Notes: generated by a model from the letters alone, not told the origin. A stretch of DNA of 64,000 nt from an uncultured bacterium (GCA_963713955.1 OY970216.1:637483-701482), one strand, 5' to 3'; positions 1 to 8,438 are shown, counted from the stretch's first letter. Numbers and translations are program-made.

Positions 1-945
1 GAGATACGGGAACGGCGTATCGGCGCACGCGAAGACGGCAACGATTTCCCCCTCCTCGTTCCTGAAGTTGTCGAGATCGCCCGCCCGCTTTCTCCCTTCA
101 AGAAATTTCAGGAGGCCGACCAGGGCGAACCCCGAACTCGGCCCGGCCATGAAACCACTCCGGATGAGAGACAGACTTTTTCGGTACGATTCGCCGGTCC
201 CCGCCTCGACCGTGAAATCAACCTCGGATTTCCAATCGAAGGAAATCATCTTCAGCCGTTCCGCCGTGCGGACGCCGGGAACGTCGCCGCCGGGTTCAAC
301 CACGACGCCCAAGACCGGCGCGCCGGATCTCATTTCCTTTAAATACTTCTTGACGCCGAGAATCATGCCTGTCGTCCCGAGCCCGGCGCAAAAGAGACTG
401 ATCCTCCCTTCCGTTTGCTTCCAAATCTGCTTACCCGTCCACCGGTAGTGGGCTTCAACGTTTGCCTGATTCTCATACTGGTCGAGGTTGAGAAAACCTT
501 CACTCTTCCCGGCTTCCCGGGCTTGCAGGGTCCCATCCTTCTCGCCGGGCCCAACTTTCCTCACCTCGGCGCCGGCCATCCGGAGCAATTTGAGCTTCCC
601 CTCTGCTATGTTCCCGGGCACGAACGTCACGACGTTCGCGATGCCGAACATTTTGCCGAGGATGGCAAGCGAAATCCCGGTATTGCCGGACGAGTTTTCG
701 ACAATCGTCTCGGTTCTCTCGAGACCGCCTTCGCGCTCCGCGTCGAGGAGCATGTTAAAAGCCATGACTGATTTGACGTTCAGGAGCGGCAAAAGATACA
801 TGAGCTTCGCGAATATCCTCACCTTCTCCCCGAGGAACGGGTTCAAATCCGATGGCAGCTCGACAAGCGGAATCATCGGATTCTCGTCCGGATTCATGAA
901 CGTCCTCACCGCATTTGGTCCCTTGAAAACGTTATTTTTTTCCAT
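1..945 (-). CDS. PLP-dependent cysteine synthase / cystathionine beta-synthase family enzyme (3' end runs off window)
   Basis: Reverse-strand reading from ATG at 943-945: MEKNNVFKGPNAVRTF..LNVKSVMAF..VENSSGNTGISLAILGKMFG..GAEVR; SGNTGI loop and PLP-lysine region typical of the CysK/CBS fold. Absent from the ORF track because it is edge-truncated. Confidence 0.7.
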   Translation of the reverse strand, partial: MEKNNVFKGPNAVRTFMNPDENPMIPLVELPSDLNPFLGEKVRIFAKLMYLLPLLNVKSVMAFNMLLDAEREGGLERTETIVENSSGNTGISLAILGKMFGIANVVTFVPGNIAEGKLKLLRMAGAEVRKVGPGEKDGTLQAREAGKSEGFLNLDQYENQANVEAHYRWTGKQIWKQTEGRISLFCAGLGTTGMILGVKKYLKEMRSGAPVLGVVVEPGGDVPGVRTAERLKMISFDWKSEVDFTVEAGTGESYRKSLSLIRSGFMAGPSSGFALVGLLKFLEGRKRAGDLDNFRNEEGEIVAVFACADTPFPYL

Positions 946-954
946 ATTTGATGA

Positions 955-2475
955 CTATACGAAACCCGGGAAAAAATCGCTTCTCACGTTCTTCTTCTCG
1001 ATGTCCATGCTCTCCAAAACTTCCTTGGAACCCTCGACCATGGAATGGGTCCCCGAAACGTAGAACAACCGCTCTTGGTAATCGGGGATTGCTTTTTCGA
1101 TCATTCGCTCGTCAATGCGCCCCCGTTCGCCGTCCCATCCCGCCGGCGCTTCTCCCGTCAGAGTGTAAACCGCTTTCACGCCCACCCTCCTCGCTTCGTC
1201 AAAAATGTCCCGGTACATGATTTCGTCGGCCGTCCGGTTGGAATATAAAAGAACGATGTCCCTCCGTTCGTTTCGATCTAAAAGATATTTCGCCATGCTG
1301 CGAAACGGCGTGATGCCGATCCCGCCCGCGATGAAAACGAGTTTCTTCCTCCTGTCTTTCGGCAAGACAAAATCTCCCGAGAGCTGTGAAGCGGTTATTT
1401 TTTCTCCTTCCTTGAGATACGCAAGTGCTTTCTTGAAAGAGCTGGGATTTTGATAAAACCGTACGCCCATCCGTATTCTCCCTTCGGTCGGCGAAGAAGC
1501 AATCGTGAAATATCTCCGGTTCCCCCTCGAATCCGGCCGCTTGTGCGGGAGCGTCCACTCCAAGTATTGCCCCGGCTTGAACCTCAGTTTCTCGTCAGAC
1601 CGGAAAACGAAATCGTAGAGGCCCGGCCCAATTCGTATTCGCTCCTCAAGCCTCAAGATGAGTTTCTTCTTGGAGCTCGCGAGGTACGAGAAAACGTTGC
1701 CGAGAAGAAGCGCGAGCTCCGGCGTGAAATAAAACGATCCCACGTGGACCTGCGGCGCGAAGAAAAAGCCGACGAGCGCACCGTAGACCATCCGGAGATT
1801 TTCGGTGGGCGGCGTGGTTAAGGGTTCCGTGAGCATGACGAACGCGAAGAAGAAAAGGGGCGAATCGAGAAAAGCCTGACTCGCAAGCCGCACGACGTCC
1901 TGGCCCCCAAAAAATCCGAAGGAGAACGTCGCGATGAGCGAAACTGCAAAGAAACTTATGACCAGATCGGATCGCAAAAGCTTCCTTGTCATCAAGAGCC
2001 CGCCGACGAGAACAAAAGGAAGCAGGGAAGCGGTTCCGACCCACCAGCTCGCCGATTGATTGATGGTGAGAGCGGTCAGGGCAACGCCGAACGCGGCAGG
2101 GTTGAAGACATGTTTCTTCTTGATGGCTAAGATGTATTTCGAAGCCATGGCCCAAACGGACGCCCAAACGGCGAGGGGAAAATACGAAGACGCACTCGAC
2201 GGAAAAAAGGGCGTTATGATGAGCGTGAGAATGAGCGCGGTGATGTAAACGGACTCAACGTTTGTCTGAGCCTCGAAGACGCGCGAGAAAAGGAGGTTCG
2301 TGAGCCAGCATACCGCCGTTATGAAAAATCCAGAGAACAGGAGCCCGCCCCACGAATAGGGAAGTATGTGGACGGCCGAAAAAACGACGGCGACGGCGAA
2401 AAGGCCGAGAAGGTAATAGAGCACCAGCCGGTACATTGTTATCCTGTTCAAAAAATTATCGATAAGATCAATCAT
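955..2475 (-). CDS. Fusion: RnfD/NqrB-like polytopic membrane domain + ferredoxin-NADP reductase-like FAD/NAD(P)-binding domain
   Basis: N-terminal ~250 aa are multi-TM with HVFNPAAFG and MLTEPLTTPP, matching RnfD FNPAM and LTDPVTASTT in order. C-terminal RRYFTIASSP (RxY[ST] FAD motif) and FIAGGIGITP (NAD(P) glycine loop), as in FNR/NqrF-type reductases. Confidence 0.7.
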   Translation of the reverse strand: MIDLIDNFLNRITMYRLVLYYLLGLFAVAVVFSAVHILPYSWGGLLFSGFFITAVCWLTNLLFSRVFEAQTNVESVYITALILTLIITPFFPSSASSYFPLAVWASVWAMASKYILAIKKKHVFNPAAFGVALTALTINQSASWWVGTASLLPFVLVGGLLMTRKLLRSDLVISFFAVSLIATFSFGFFGGQDVVRLASQAFLDSPLFFFAFVMLTEPLTTPPTENLRMVYGALVGFFFAPQVHVGSFYFTPELALLLGNVFSYLASSKKKLILRLEERIRIGPGLYDFVFRSDEKLRFKPGQYLEWTLPHKRPDSRGNRRYFTIASSPTEGRIRMGVRFYQNPSSFKKALAYLKEGEKITASQLSGDFVLPKDRRKKLVFIAGGIGITPFRSMAKYLLDRNERRDIVLLYSNRTADEIMYRDIFDEARRVGVKAVYTLTGEAPAGWDGERGRIDERMIEKAIPDYQERLFYVSGTHSMVEGSKEVLESMDIEKKNVRSDFFPGFV

Positions 2476-2635
2476 GGTTTTGTTCGGCTCATCCAGCCGA
2501 CTTACCGTGCGTCAACACGCGTCGGTCCGCCCCAGCCGGCGGACCGCGCTCGACCTCGTCCTCGCTCTTCTCGCTTCGCTCGAAACCATGCCCGCTCGGA
2601 CTCCGCACGGTTGACTTGACGATAAGTCGGCTGGA
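2476..2635 (-). promoter_or_regulatory. Structured leader / intercistronic element: 21-nt arms of a long inverted repeat enclosing a GC-rich hairpin, ending 15 nt before the start codon of the fusion gene
   Basis: atccagccgacttaccgtgcg (2486-2506) pairs with cgcacgg..taagtcggctggat (2603-2635); internal ggtccgcc..ggcggacc hairpin. Confidence 0.35.
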
Positions 2636-3382
2636 TTAAGTACAAACATATTTTTCAAAACCCGAAGTCATGGTTGCGACGCCCTTTTCATCGATCAGGT
2701 AGCCCTCCAGGCCCTCCCGTCGCTCTATGAAGAGTATGCCCTCCCGCCCCATCGCGAACGCAGCCGTCGCAAACCTGTCGGCTTCGTAGATATCGGGACC
2801 GATGACGCTTAAGCTCACGATTTCCGAAACCGGCTTGTTCCCTCCCCGGGGATTATAGATGTGTTTGCCCCGCTCGTACGTCCCCGAAGTGGCCATTCCC
2901 CCTCTTTTCAAAACGACGGTCTTCACGATTTCCGCGGTATTGAAGGGATTTCGGATGCCGATCCTCCACGCCCGCCCCTCGGCATTCGTCCCGCTAACCT
3001 CGATGTCTCCGCCGGCGTCAACGTAAAAGTTCTCAAAACCCCTTCCCCTTAAAATATCTGCGGCGTTCCGGATTGCCCACCCTTTCACCAACCCCGACGG
3101 GTCATACCCGCCGCCGGGAGCGACGATGTCGAAATAACCACTGGTTTCCTTTTTCGTTTCTTCCGCCAACCTGAAAATTTCTCTCATGTCGGAGCTTAAA
3201 CCCGACTCACCGATCTCTCCATTATTGATCCTCGTTATCTCGCTTGAATCTTTGTACGTGCTGAAAGTGTCATCAACGTATTCAAAATAGGAGAAGACTT
3301 CTTCAAGGTTCTCGGATGTGACATCGGCGTCGACAACCTCGACGGTCACCGGCATACCCATGAGTATTCGCGTCTCCTTCAT
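2636..3382 (-). CDS. apbE: FAD:protein FMN transferase (ApbE family flavin transferase)
   Basis: 248 aa; MKETRILMGMPVTVEV start (ApbE MGTxV-type), plus GWAIR.., DAGGDI, TSGTYERG motifs typical of ApbE. Confidence 0.8.
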   Translation of the reverse strand: MKETRILMGMPVTVEVVDADVTSENLEEVFSYFEYVDDTFSTYKDSSEITRINNGEIGESGLSSDMREIFRLAEETKKETSGYFDIVAPGGGYDPSGLVKGWAIRNAADILRGRGFENFYVDAGGDIEVSGTNAEGRAWRIGIRNPFNTAEIVKTVVLKRGGMATSGTYERGKHIYNPRGGNKPVSEIVSLSVIGPDIYEADRFATAAFAMGREGILFIERREGLEGYLIDEKGVATMTSGFEKYVCT

Positions 3383-3386
3383 GTCG

Positions 3387-3857
3387 TTAACTCGCTTTCG
3401 AGAGAGCGGAAGCTAAAGATTCCTGGAACGCCTGGCTCGTTTGCGTCGCTCCCGAAACGATGTCCACGTTCGAGCTTTGCGCTTGGATTGCTTCCCGAGT
3501 CAAAATGGGCATTGCCTTATTGCTCACGGAGCGGGAGTAAGATCGGTCGTTCGGATACTGGAGGAACGTGACGTCCGCGATTTTCCCCGACTTGATCGAA
3601 ACTTGCACCTCAACGTTCCCGAAAAAAGCGTTCGCGACATCGCCGATATACGCCCCATCTTTGTAGGCACCCGTCATACCGCCCATCGGCATAGAAGGAT
3701 TATTGCTTGATTGCTGCTGTGGCGGTGCTGACGCAGCCGGCGCCGGTGACACCAATGGAGACGTACTGGTCGAGCCGCTCCGGCCGCCGAGATGCTGTGC
3801 AATGACGTAAAAAACGAAAACGGCGACCACGGCCGAGGATAAGACTACTTTCTTCAT
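3387..3857 (-). CDS. Membrane-anchored FMN-binding domain protein (NqrC/RnfG-type FMN_bind) with SGAT flavinylation motif
   Basis: N-terminal TM helix, low-complexity Pro/Ser/Gln linker, then ..NVDIVSGATQTSQAF.. ([S/T]GAT[S/T] flavin-attachment motif). Confidence 0.65.
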   Translation of the reverse strand: MKKVVLSSAVVAVFVFYVIAQHLGGRSGSTSTSPLVSPAPAASAPPQQQSSNNPSMPMGGMTGAYKDGAYIGDVANAFFGNVEVQVSIKSGKIADVTFLQYPNDRSYSRSVSNKAMPILTREAIQAQSSNVDIVSGATQTSQAFQESLASALSKAS

Positions 3858-3899
3858 TGTTATGAATACGTTGTCTTCACCTTTTCTGTTTCATCATTA

Positions 3900-3930
3900 T
3901 ACAAGAAAAGAGGCCTTTAAAGGGCCTCCT
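3900..3930 (-). terminator. Rho-independent terminator after the Cys-rich gene, followed by a TATAAT box for the FMN-binding gene
   Basis: Minus-strand RNA GAGGCCCUUUAAAGGCCUC + UUUUCUUGUAUAAUG. Confidence 0.5.
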
Positions 3931-3955
3931 TTCCTTAATCCCGGTTCTCAATCGG

Positions 3956-4309
3956 CTATTGGCCGGTCGTGGTCGATCCCTGGGCACCGCTGTAATTCCC
4001 GTTCCAGCCGTACATCATGGGAACAGGGTATCTCGAACCGCCGCCACCCCGCATCATATAACGCACGGGCATTTCACGATACCCCCCGCCCCAAAACGAG
4101 AACATGGCGCCGAGTTTGAATCCGGCGCAGAAAACGATGGCGAGGACGATGATGCCGATGAGCCACCTGAGCCAGCGCCTCCGGCAGCCCCCGTGCATGA
4201 AGCAATGACACGAACCGCAGGCGCAACCGCCGCACGCTTCGCACTTGCCTCCGCTGCACATCGGACACTTGCATCCCTCGGGATGATCATTTTTTTGCTG
4301 CATCTCCAT
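3956..4309 (-). CDS. Small Cys-rich membrane protein (CxxC-rich N-terminus, one TM helix, Gly/Met/Tyr-rich C-terminus)
   Basis: 117 aa: GCKCPMCSGGKCEACGGCACGSCHCFMHGGC, then WLRWLIGIIVLAIVFCAGF TM, then GGGYREMPVRYMMRGGGGSRYPVPMMYGWNGNYSG. First gene of a same-strand tight cluster. The overlapping + ORF 3959..4462 is rejected. Confidence 0.55.
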   Translation of the reverse strand: MEMQQKNDHPEGCKCPMCSGGKCEACGGCACGSCHCFMHGGCRRRWLRWLIGIIVLAIVFCAGFKLGAMFSFWGGGYREMPVRYMMRGGGGSRYPVPMMYGWNGNYSGAQGSTTTGQ

Positions 4310-4371
4310 AAAATTATTTTTTACTTTAACATTAAACGACCTTTGTGCCTATTTTCATTATACTATAGTTG

Positions 4372-6801
4372 TCAAGACTTTTTCTTCGTCCCCTTTGTCC
4401 CGCCAGAAACGGAATGTCCGCCGAATTGGTTTCGGAGCGCGGAAAGAATGCGTCCCATATAACTCGGCGATTTTTTAGATCGCATGCGGAACTTGAAAGC
4501 ATCCTCAATGGCCGGCAACTTCATGTCCCGTTTGCGCGCCGTCAGGATCGTCCACTCGCCTTCTCCGGTCGCGACAACCGACCCCGAAATTCCTTTCAAA
4601 TCTTCACCGTGCGCGCGGAAGGCGTTCTCGAGCCACCCGACGAGCCTCGATTCGATGACGCTCCCCCGGTTGTAAACCGCCGCGACTTCTTTAAGATTCA
4701 ATTTGAAAGGAGATTTTTTCATGAGCGCGAAACCCTCCGCGAGCGATTGCATCATGCCGTACTCGATTCCGTTGTGCACCATTTTGACGAAATGCCCCGC
4801 GCCCGCTTCCCCGAAACGGGCATAGCCGCCGGGCACCGAGAGATCCGCGAAGAGTTTTCCAAGAGACTCAAACGTCTTCGGTTCCCCGCCTATCATGAGG
4901 GAACCGCCATGGCGCGCGCCGGAAGGCCCGCCCGAAAAACCGACGTCCATAAATCGTATGCCTCTTTTAGCGAGGAGTTTCGACCGACGGACCGTATCCT
5001 CGAAAAACGAGTTGCCGGCGTCGATGACGACGTCTCCTCTATCTAAAAACTTCGTCAAACCGCCTTTCCCGAAAAGAGCGTCATCCACTCCCTTTCCCGC
5101 CGTAATCATGAGCCACACAACCCTCGGGCGCTTGAGTTTCGATATGAGTTCCTCGATCGAGAAGGCCGTCTCGAAACCCTCCTCGCCGATCTCGTCCACG
5201 GGGCCCTGCGAGCGATTCGCCGCGACGACGCGCCATCCCTTGTCGCGAAGCTGGCGTGCGACGTTCCGACCCATCTTTCCCAGGCCGAAAATTCCTATCT
5301 CTCCCGCCGGGAGGCCGTTGAGAGAAACGCCGTTATCCAAAGCTTCCGCCTCGGCGGAAATCGAAGAGTTGTCCGGCCGGTAGTGCTTCAGAGGGACTGT
5401 GTTCTTCCGCCAGCCGGCGATTATGGAATCGATGAAGCGCCACATGGCGGATATTTCGGCGCTTGAGACGAAAAGCATCTGATTATCCGATATGCAATCG
5501 AGGAGGAGCTTTTCGTACTCTTCCGTATATTGCGTCCTCCGGCCAGTTTTCCGGAGATCGAAATCAAACGTTCGCTCTTCGAGCTCCATCGTGAGTCCCG
5601 GCTTCTTCGACCAAAAATGAATGGTAATACCCTCGGCGGGATCCTGTTTGAAAACAACGGAATTCCGGTAATGCTTGCCGGGCGGACAAAGGCAGGGCCG
5701 CGGATGCCTGAAAGTCACTTCTATTTCCGTTATCTCGCCGCGGGAGCCGGGATTCATGAGCCGTTTACCGGCTTCCATAATGAACGTCACGCCGCGCCAC
5801 CGGGGATGCGCAAGGGAAAATCTTGCCCTGAAGTAGGTCTCGGTATCGGAATCGGGACGCACGCCCTTCACGGAGCGGTACCCTTCGTACTGAGCCCGGA
5901 ATGTCTGTCGCTTGACTTCTTTAAAAGACAGAGGAACGAGCGTTTGGAGGATCGACGCGCGATTTTTCCTCACGGCGTCGGCTTCCAGGCTTTCCGGCTG
6001 ATCCATCGTGACCAAAGCCACCATCTGGAGAAGGTGGTTCTGGCCGACGTCCCGGAGCGCCCCCACCGCGTCGTAAAAGGGACCGCGGTCTTCCACCCCG
6101 ATGTTCTCGAATTCGCGGACGCGCACGCTCTCGATGAGTTCGTTCCCCCAATTGTCCTCGAAAAGATTGTTGAAGAACCGGAATGCCATCACGTTCTGGA
6201 ACGTTTCTTTGGCCAAGTAATGGTCAATCCGGTAAATCTGATCTTCGCTGAAAAGCTTGGCGAGTTCCGCGTCGAGTGCTTTTGCGCTCTTCTCGTCGCT
6301 GCCGAACGGTTTTTCCACGATTACCCTTGTCCATCCTTCTTCGGGTCCGCCGCACGGTTCGCTCAAGCCCGATGCCGAAATATTTTTCAGTATCTCCGGA
6401 TAAAAGCGCGGCGGCACCGCGAGGTACAAGAGTTTGTTCGAACACATACCCCAGCGACCGTCGACGGCTTTGAGCGCCTCGGAAAGCCTCGCGTAGTCGG
6501 CTTCGTTCTCAAACGTCCCCCGTTCGTAGGAGTAAAGCGAGAGGAATTTTTCAATGCGTTTCTTTTCGCGATTCACGTTTACATGTTTTTTGAGTATCTC
6601 CCTCACCCGTTCCCGGAAATCGCTGTCCGTTAGATCACGTCTCGCGAAACCGACGACGCGAAACATGCGCGGCAAAGAATCCTTCGCGAAAAGGTTATAG
6701 AGGGCCGGCACTATCTTCTTCGTCATGAGATCGCCGGTCGCTCCAATGATGACGACAATGGTCGGTATTCGAGGTTTTACGTCCTTCTTTTTTGCAGACA
6801 T
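4372..6801 (-). CDS. zwf: Bifunctional fusion: glucose-6-phosphate 1-dehydrogenase (Zwf) + short-form 6-phosphogluconate dehydrogenase (Gnd/YqeC-type)
   Basis: 809 aa. N-terminal part has IIGATGDLMTKKIVPALYNLF and RIDHYLAKE (G6PD signatures). C-terminal ~300 aa has IGIFGLGKMGRNVA, DAGNSFFEDT, GEAGAGHFVKMVHNGIEYGMMQ (6PGDH signatures). Confidence 0.85.
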   Translation of the reverse strand: MSAKKKDVKPRIPTIVVIIGATGDLMTKKIVPALYNLFAKDSLPRMFRVVGFARRDLTDSDFRERVREILKKHVNVNREKKRIEKFLSLYSYERGTFENEADYARLSEALKAVDGRWGMCSNKLLYLAVPPRFYPEILKNISASGLSEPCGGPEEGWTRVIVEKPFGSDEKSAKALDAELAKLFSEDQIYRIDHYLAKETFQNVMAFRFFNNLFEDNWGNELIESVRVREFENIGVEDRGPFYDAVGALRDVGQNHLLQMVALVTMDQPESLEADAVRKNRASILQTLVPLSFKEVKRQTFRAQYEGYRSVKGVRPDSDTETYFRARFSLAHPRWRGVTFIMEAGKRLMNPGSRGEITEIEVTFRHPRPCLCPPGKHYRNSVVFKQDPAEGITIHFWSKKPGLTMELEERTFDFDLRKTGRRTQYTEEYEKLLLDCISDNQMLFVSSAEISAMWRFIDSIIAGWRKNTVPLKHYRPDNSSISAEAEALDNGVSLNGLPAGEIGIFGLGKMGRNVARQLRDKGWRVVAANRSQGPVDEIGEEGFETAFSIEELISKLKRPRVVWLMITAGKGVDDALFGKGGLTKFLDRGDVVIDAGNSFFEDTVRRSKLLAKRGIRFMDVGFSGGPSGARHGGSLMIGGEPKTFESLGKLFADLSVPGGYARFGEAGAGHFVKMVHNGIEYGMMQSLAEGFALMKKSPFKLNLKEVAAVYNRGSVIESRLVGWLENAFRAHGEDLKGISGSVVATGEGEWTILTARKRDMKLPAIEDAFKFRMRSKKSPSYMGRILSALRNQFGGHSVSGGTKGTKKKS

Positions 6802-6844
6802 GTCTATCTATATACGCTTGGGAGACAATTTTGGTACAAAAAGT

Positions 6845-7936
6845 TCATTCGGCGAAATGCTTGGAAAGCTTCGCCTTCGATTGGAAAGAATAATTGGAGG
6901 TCCCAAGCGAATCGTAAAGGATCTCGGGGATTTCAGCCATCCGCTCAAACTTGATCTTCGCGATTGCCTGCTTGTTCCTGATAATCATATCCTCGAAAGG
7001 CCTCACTTCGAGCGTCGCGGGACGCCCTTTCCCCTCGCCTGCCTTGCCGTATCCCCATCCTGGATCGAAAAACCCCGCGTAGTGGGACCTAAATTCACCG
7101 CTCCGTTCATCCATCGGAGCGACTTCGAGCGCCATGGAGGGGGGGACCCGCACGGCCTCCTTGGTGGACAAAATGTAAAATCCTCCTTTCTTCAGGGAAA
7201 CGCTTTCTCCTTTCTTCATCAGCCTGAAAAAATCATCGGGATCGTAGAATTTCCTTTTTGAAAAATCCATCACCTTGTTCGATCCCAAGCATTCGTACCC
7301 GATTGCATCTTGATCGAGGTCTAATCTCAGGATCACCGAGCCGTCGCCGTCCCTTATTTTGATGTCTTCATAGCGTATCGGCTCTCCGTGGCTGTCGAAA
7401 ACGAGTGCTTCCTTGTCGAGGACGTCTTTGAGTTCATTTTCTGTAAGCCTCGTATCGCGGTTGAAAAACCGGACTTGCGTCAGCCGCTCGCCCGGAGAAA
7501 CCTTGATCGGATATGAACGCGGGTTCACAGCGAGCCACAGCGATCCCGCATACCCCCGAGGAATCGTATCATAGCGCGAAACCCCGTCCGCGAGCACGCG
7601 GACGTGAACGTCATTCCGGCCCGTCGAACTCTTCGGGTTACAATAGCCGTAGAGATCCGGCGGCAGAGCAATAACTTCATTGAGGCGCGCAAGATACGTT
7701 ACATCCCGTTCGAGCGGATTCTCGAAGTTGTGCTTCGAGTGTTCCGTTTTCTCCACGAGTTCTGCGATTGTTTCACCCGGACGCGGCAGAAATATTCCCT
7801 CCACCCGGTATATTTCTTCCGAAAGAGAGAGATCAATTGACGCGGGGTTCAGATTTTCATCGGCGGTGTTCTTAATCGACCCTCCCCGGATCAGTTCTTT
7901 CACCTCTTGATACGGCAAAGCTCCAAAGCCATCCAT
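6845..7936 (-). CDS. dUTPase-fold protein, long-form dCTP deaminase-like (DCD family-like)
   Basis: Start taken at internal Met (MDGFGALPYQEVKELIRGGSI), since the upstream 122 codons are antisense to a plausible + gene. NLNPASIDLSL and CNPKSSTGRNDVHV resemble Dcd motifs (ATVDVRLG, GRSSLARLG). 364 aa. Confidence 0.45.
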   Translation of the reverse strand: MDGFGALPYQEVKELIRGGSIKNTADENLNPASIDLSLSEEIYRVEGIFLPRPGETIAELVEKTEHSKHNFENPLERDVTYLARLNEVIALPPDLYGYCNPKSSTGRNDVHVRVLADGVSRYDTIPRGYAGSLWLAVNPRSYPIKVSPGERLTQVRFFNRDTRLTENELKDVLDKEALVFDSHGEPIRYEDIKIRDGDGSVILRLDLDQDAIGYECLGSNKVMDFSKRKFYDPDDFFRLMKKGESVSLKKGGFYILSTKEAVRVPPSMALEVAPMDERSGEFRSHYAGFFDPGWGYGKAGEGKGRPATLEVRPFEDMIIRNKQAIAKIKFERMAEIPEILYDSLGTSNYSFQSKAKLSKHFAE

Positions 7937-7954
7937 AGTATCATTAATGATATA

Positions 7955-8311
7955 ATGAATCCATCCATGGAAGCAATTTACTACCCATGCCGCTACTGCG
8001 GAAACCAAGTTCCTCCCGATGCTTATTTTTGCCCCGCGTGCGGAAAGCAGCTGAGAGAGAAGGAACTTTCGACTTCCGTCGCAAAGCAGATACTGATCTA
8101 CGCCGTGAGCTTCTTTTTGCCTCCTCTCGGACTCATGTGGACTTTCAAGTACCTGAAGCAGGAGAGCCAAAAAGCCAAAAATATCGGGATCATTTCTCTT
8201 GTCCTCACCGTTGTTGCCATAGCCGTCGCCGTCTGGGTCACGGCCGACATCGTGAACGGCCTGAACTCGTACCTCAACAATCAGCTTAACGGAAGTTTGC
8301 AACTGTACTAG
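7955..8311 (+). CDS. Zinc-ribbon (CxxC..CxxC) membrane protein, hypothetical
   Basis: MNPSMEAIYYPCRYCGNQVPPDAYFCPACGK, then two predicted TM helices. AT-rich upstream taatgatataatg. Confidence 0.5.
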   Translation: MNPSMEAIYYPCRYCGNQVPPDAYFCPACGKQLREKELSTSVAKQILIYAVSFFLPPLGLMWTFKYLKQESQKAKNIGIISLVLTVVAIAVAVWVTADIVNGLNSYLNNQLNGSLQLY

Positions 8312-8355
8312 GAACCCACTTCAAAATCCTTCATAAGGCGAAAGGATACTTAGAA

Positions 8356-8438
8356 GGGAGGCTCGGTGAGGCGAAAAAGTGGGTAAGACTTGGCCTAGCG
8401 GCCCGGAGCGCACACTTTTTCGGCTTGCCGGGCCTCCC
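8356..8438. repeat. Nested-palindrome intergenic repeat, family A copy 1 (MITE/REP-like)
   Basis: TIR-like arms gggaggc..gaggcgaaaaagtg / cactttttcgg..gcctccc. Core gaaaaagtgtgcgctccggg(c/g)cgctaggcca(a/ga)gtctt is shared, reverse-complemented, with 54925-55077. Confidence 0.6.

Noticed and set aside
68-1063. Three overlapping + ORFs at the window start
   Set aside because: They are antisense to an edge-truncated cysteine-synthase-family gene (SGNTGI loop, PLP-Lys) that the ORF track omits.
3959-4462. 167-aa + ORF overlapping the Cys-rich gene
   Set aside because: Ala/Pro/Arg-rich translation typical of a wrong frame in GC-rich DNA. The minus-strand ORF has a TM helix and regular CxxC spacing, and is followed by a terminator.
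5530-6633. Long + strand ORF (367 aa) and other ORFs antisense to the zwf::gnd gene
   Set aside because: Shadow ORFs in a GC-rich gene. The translations are Arg/Pro/His-rich with no motifs, whereas the minus-strand product has unambiguous Zwf/Gnd signatures.
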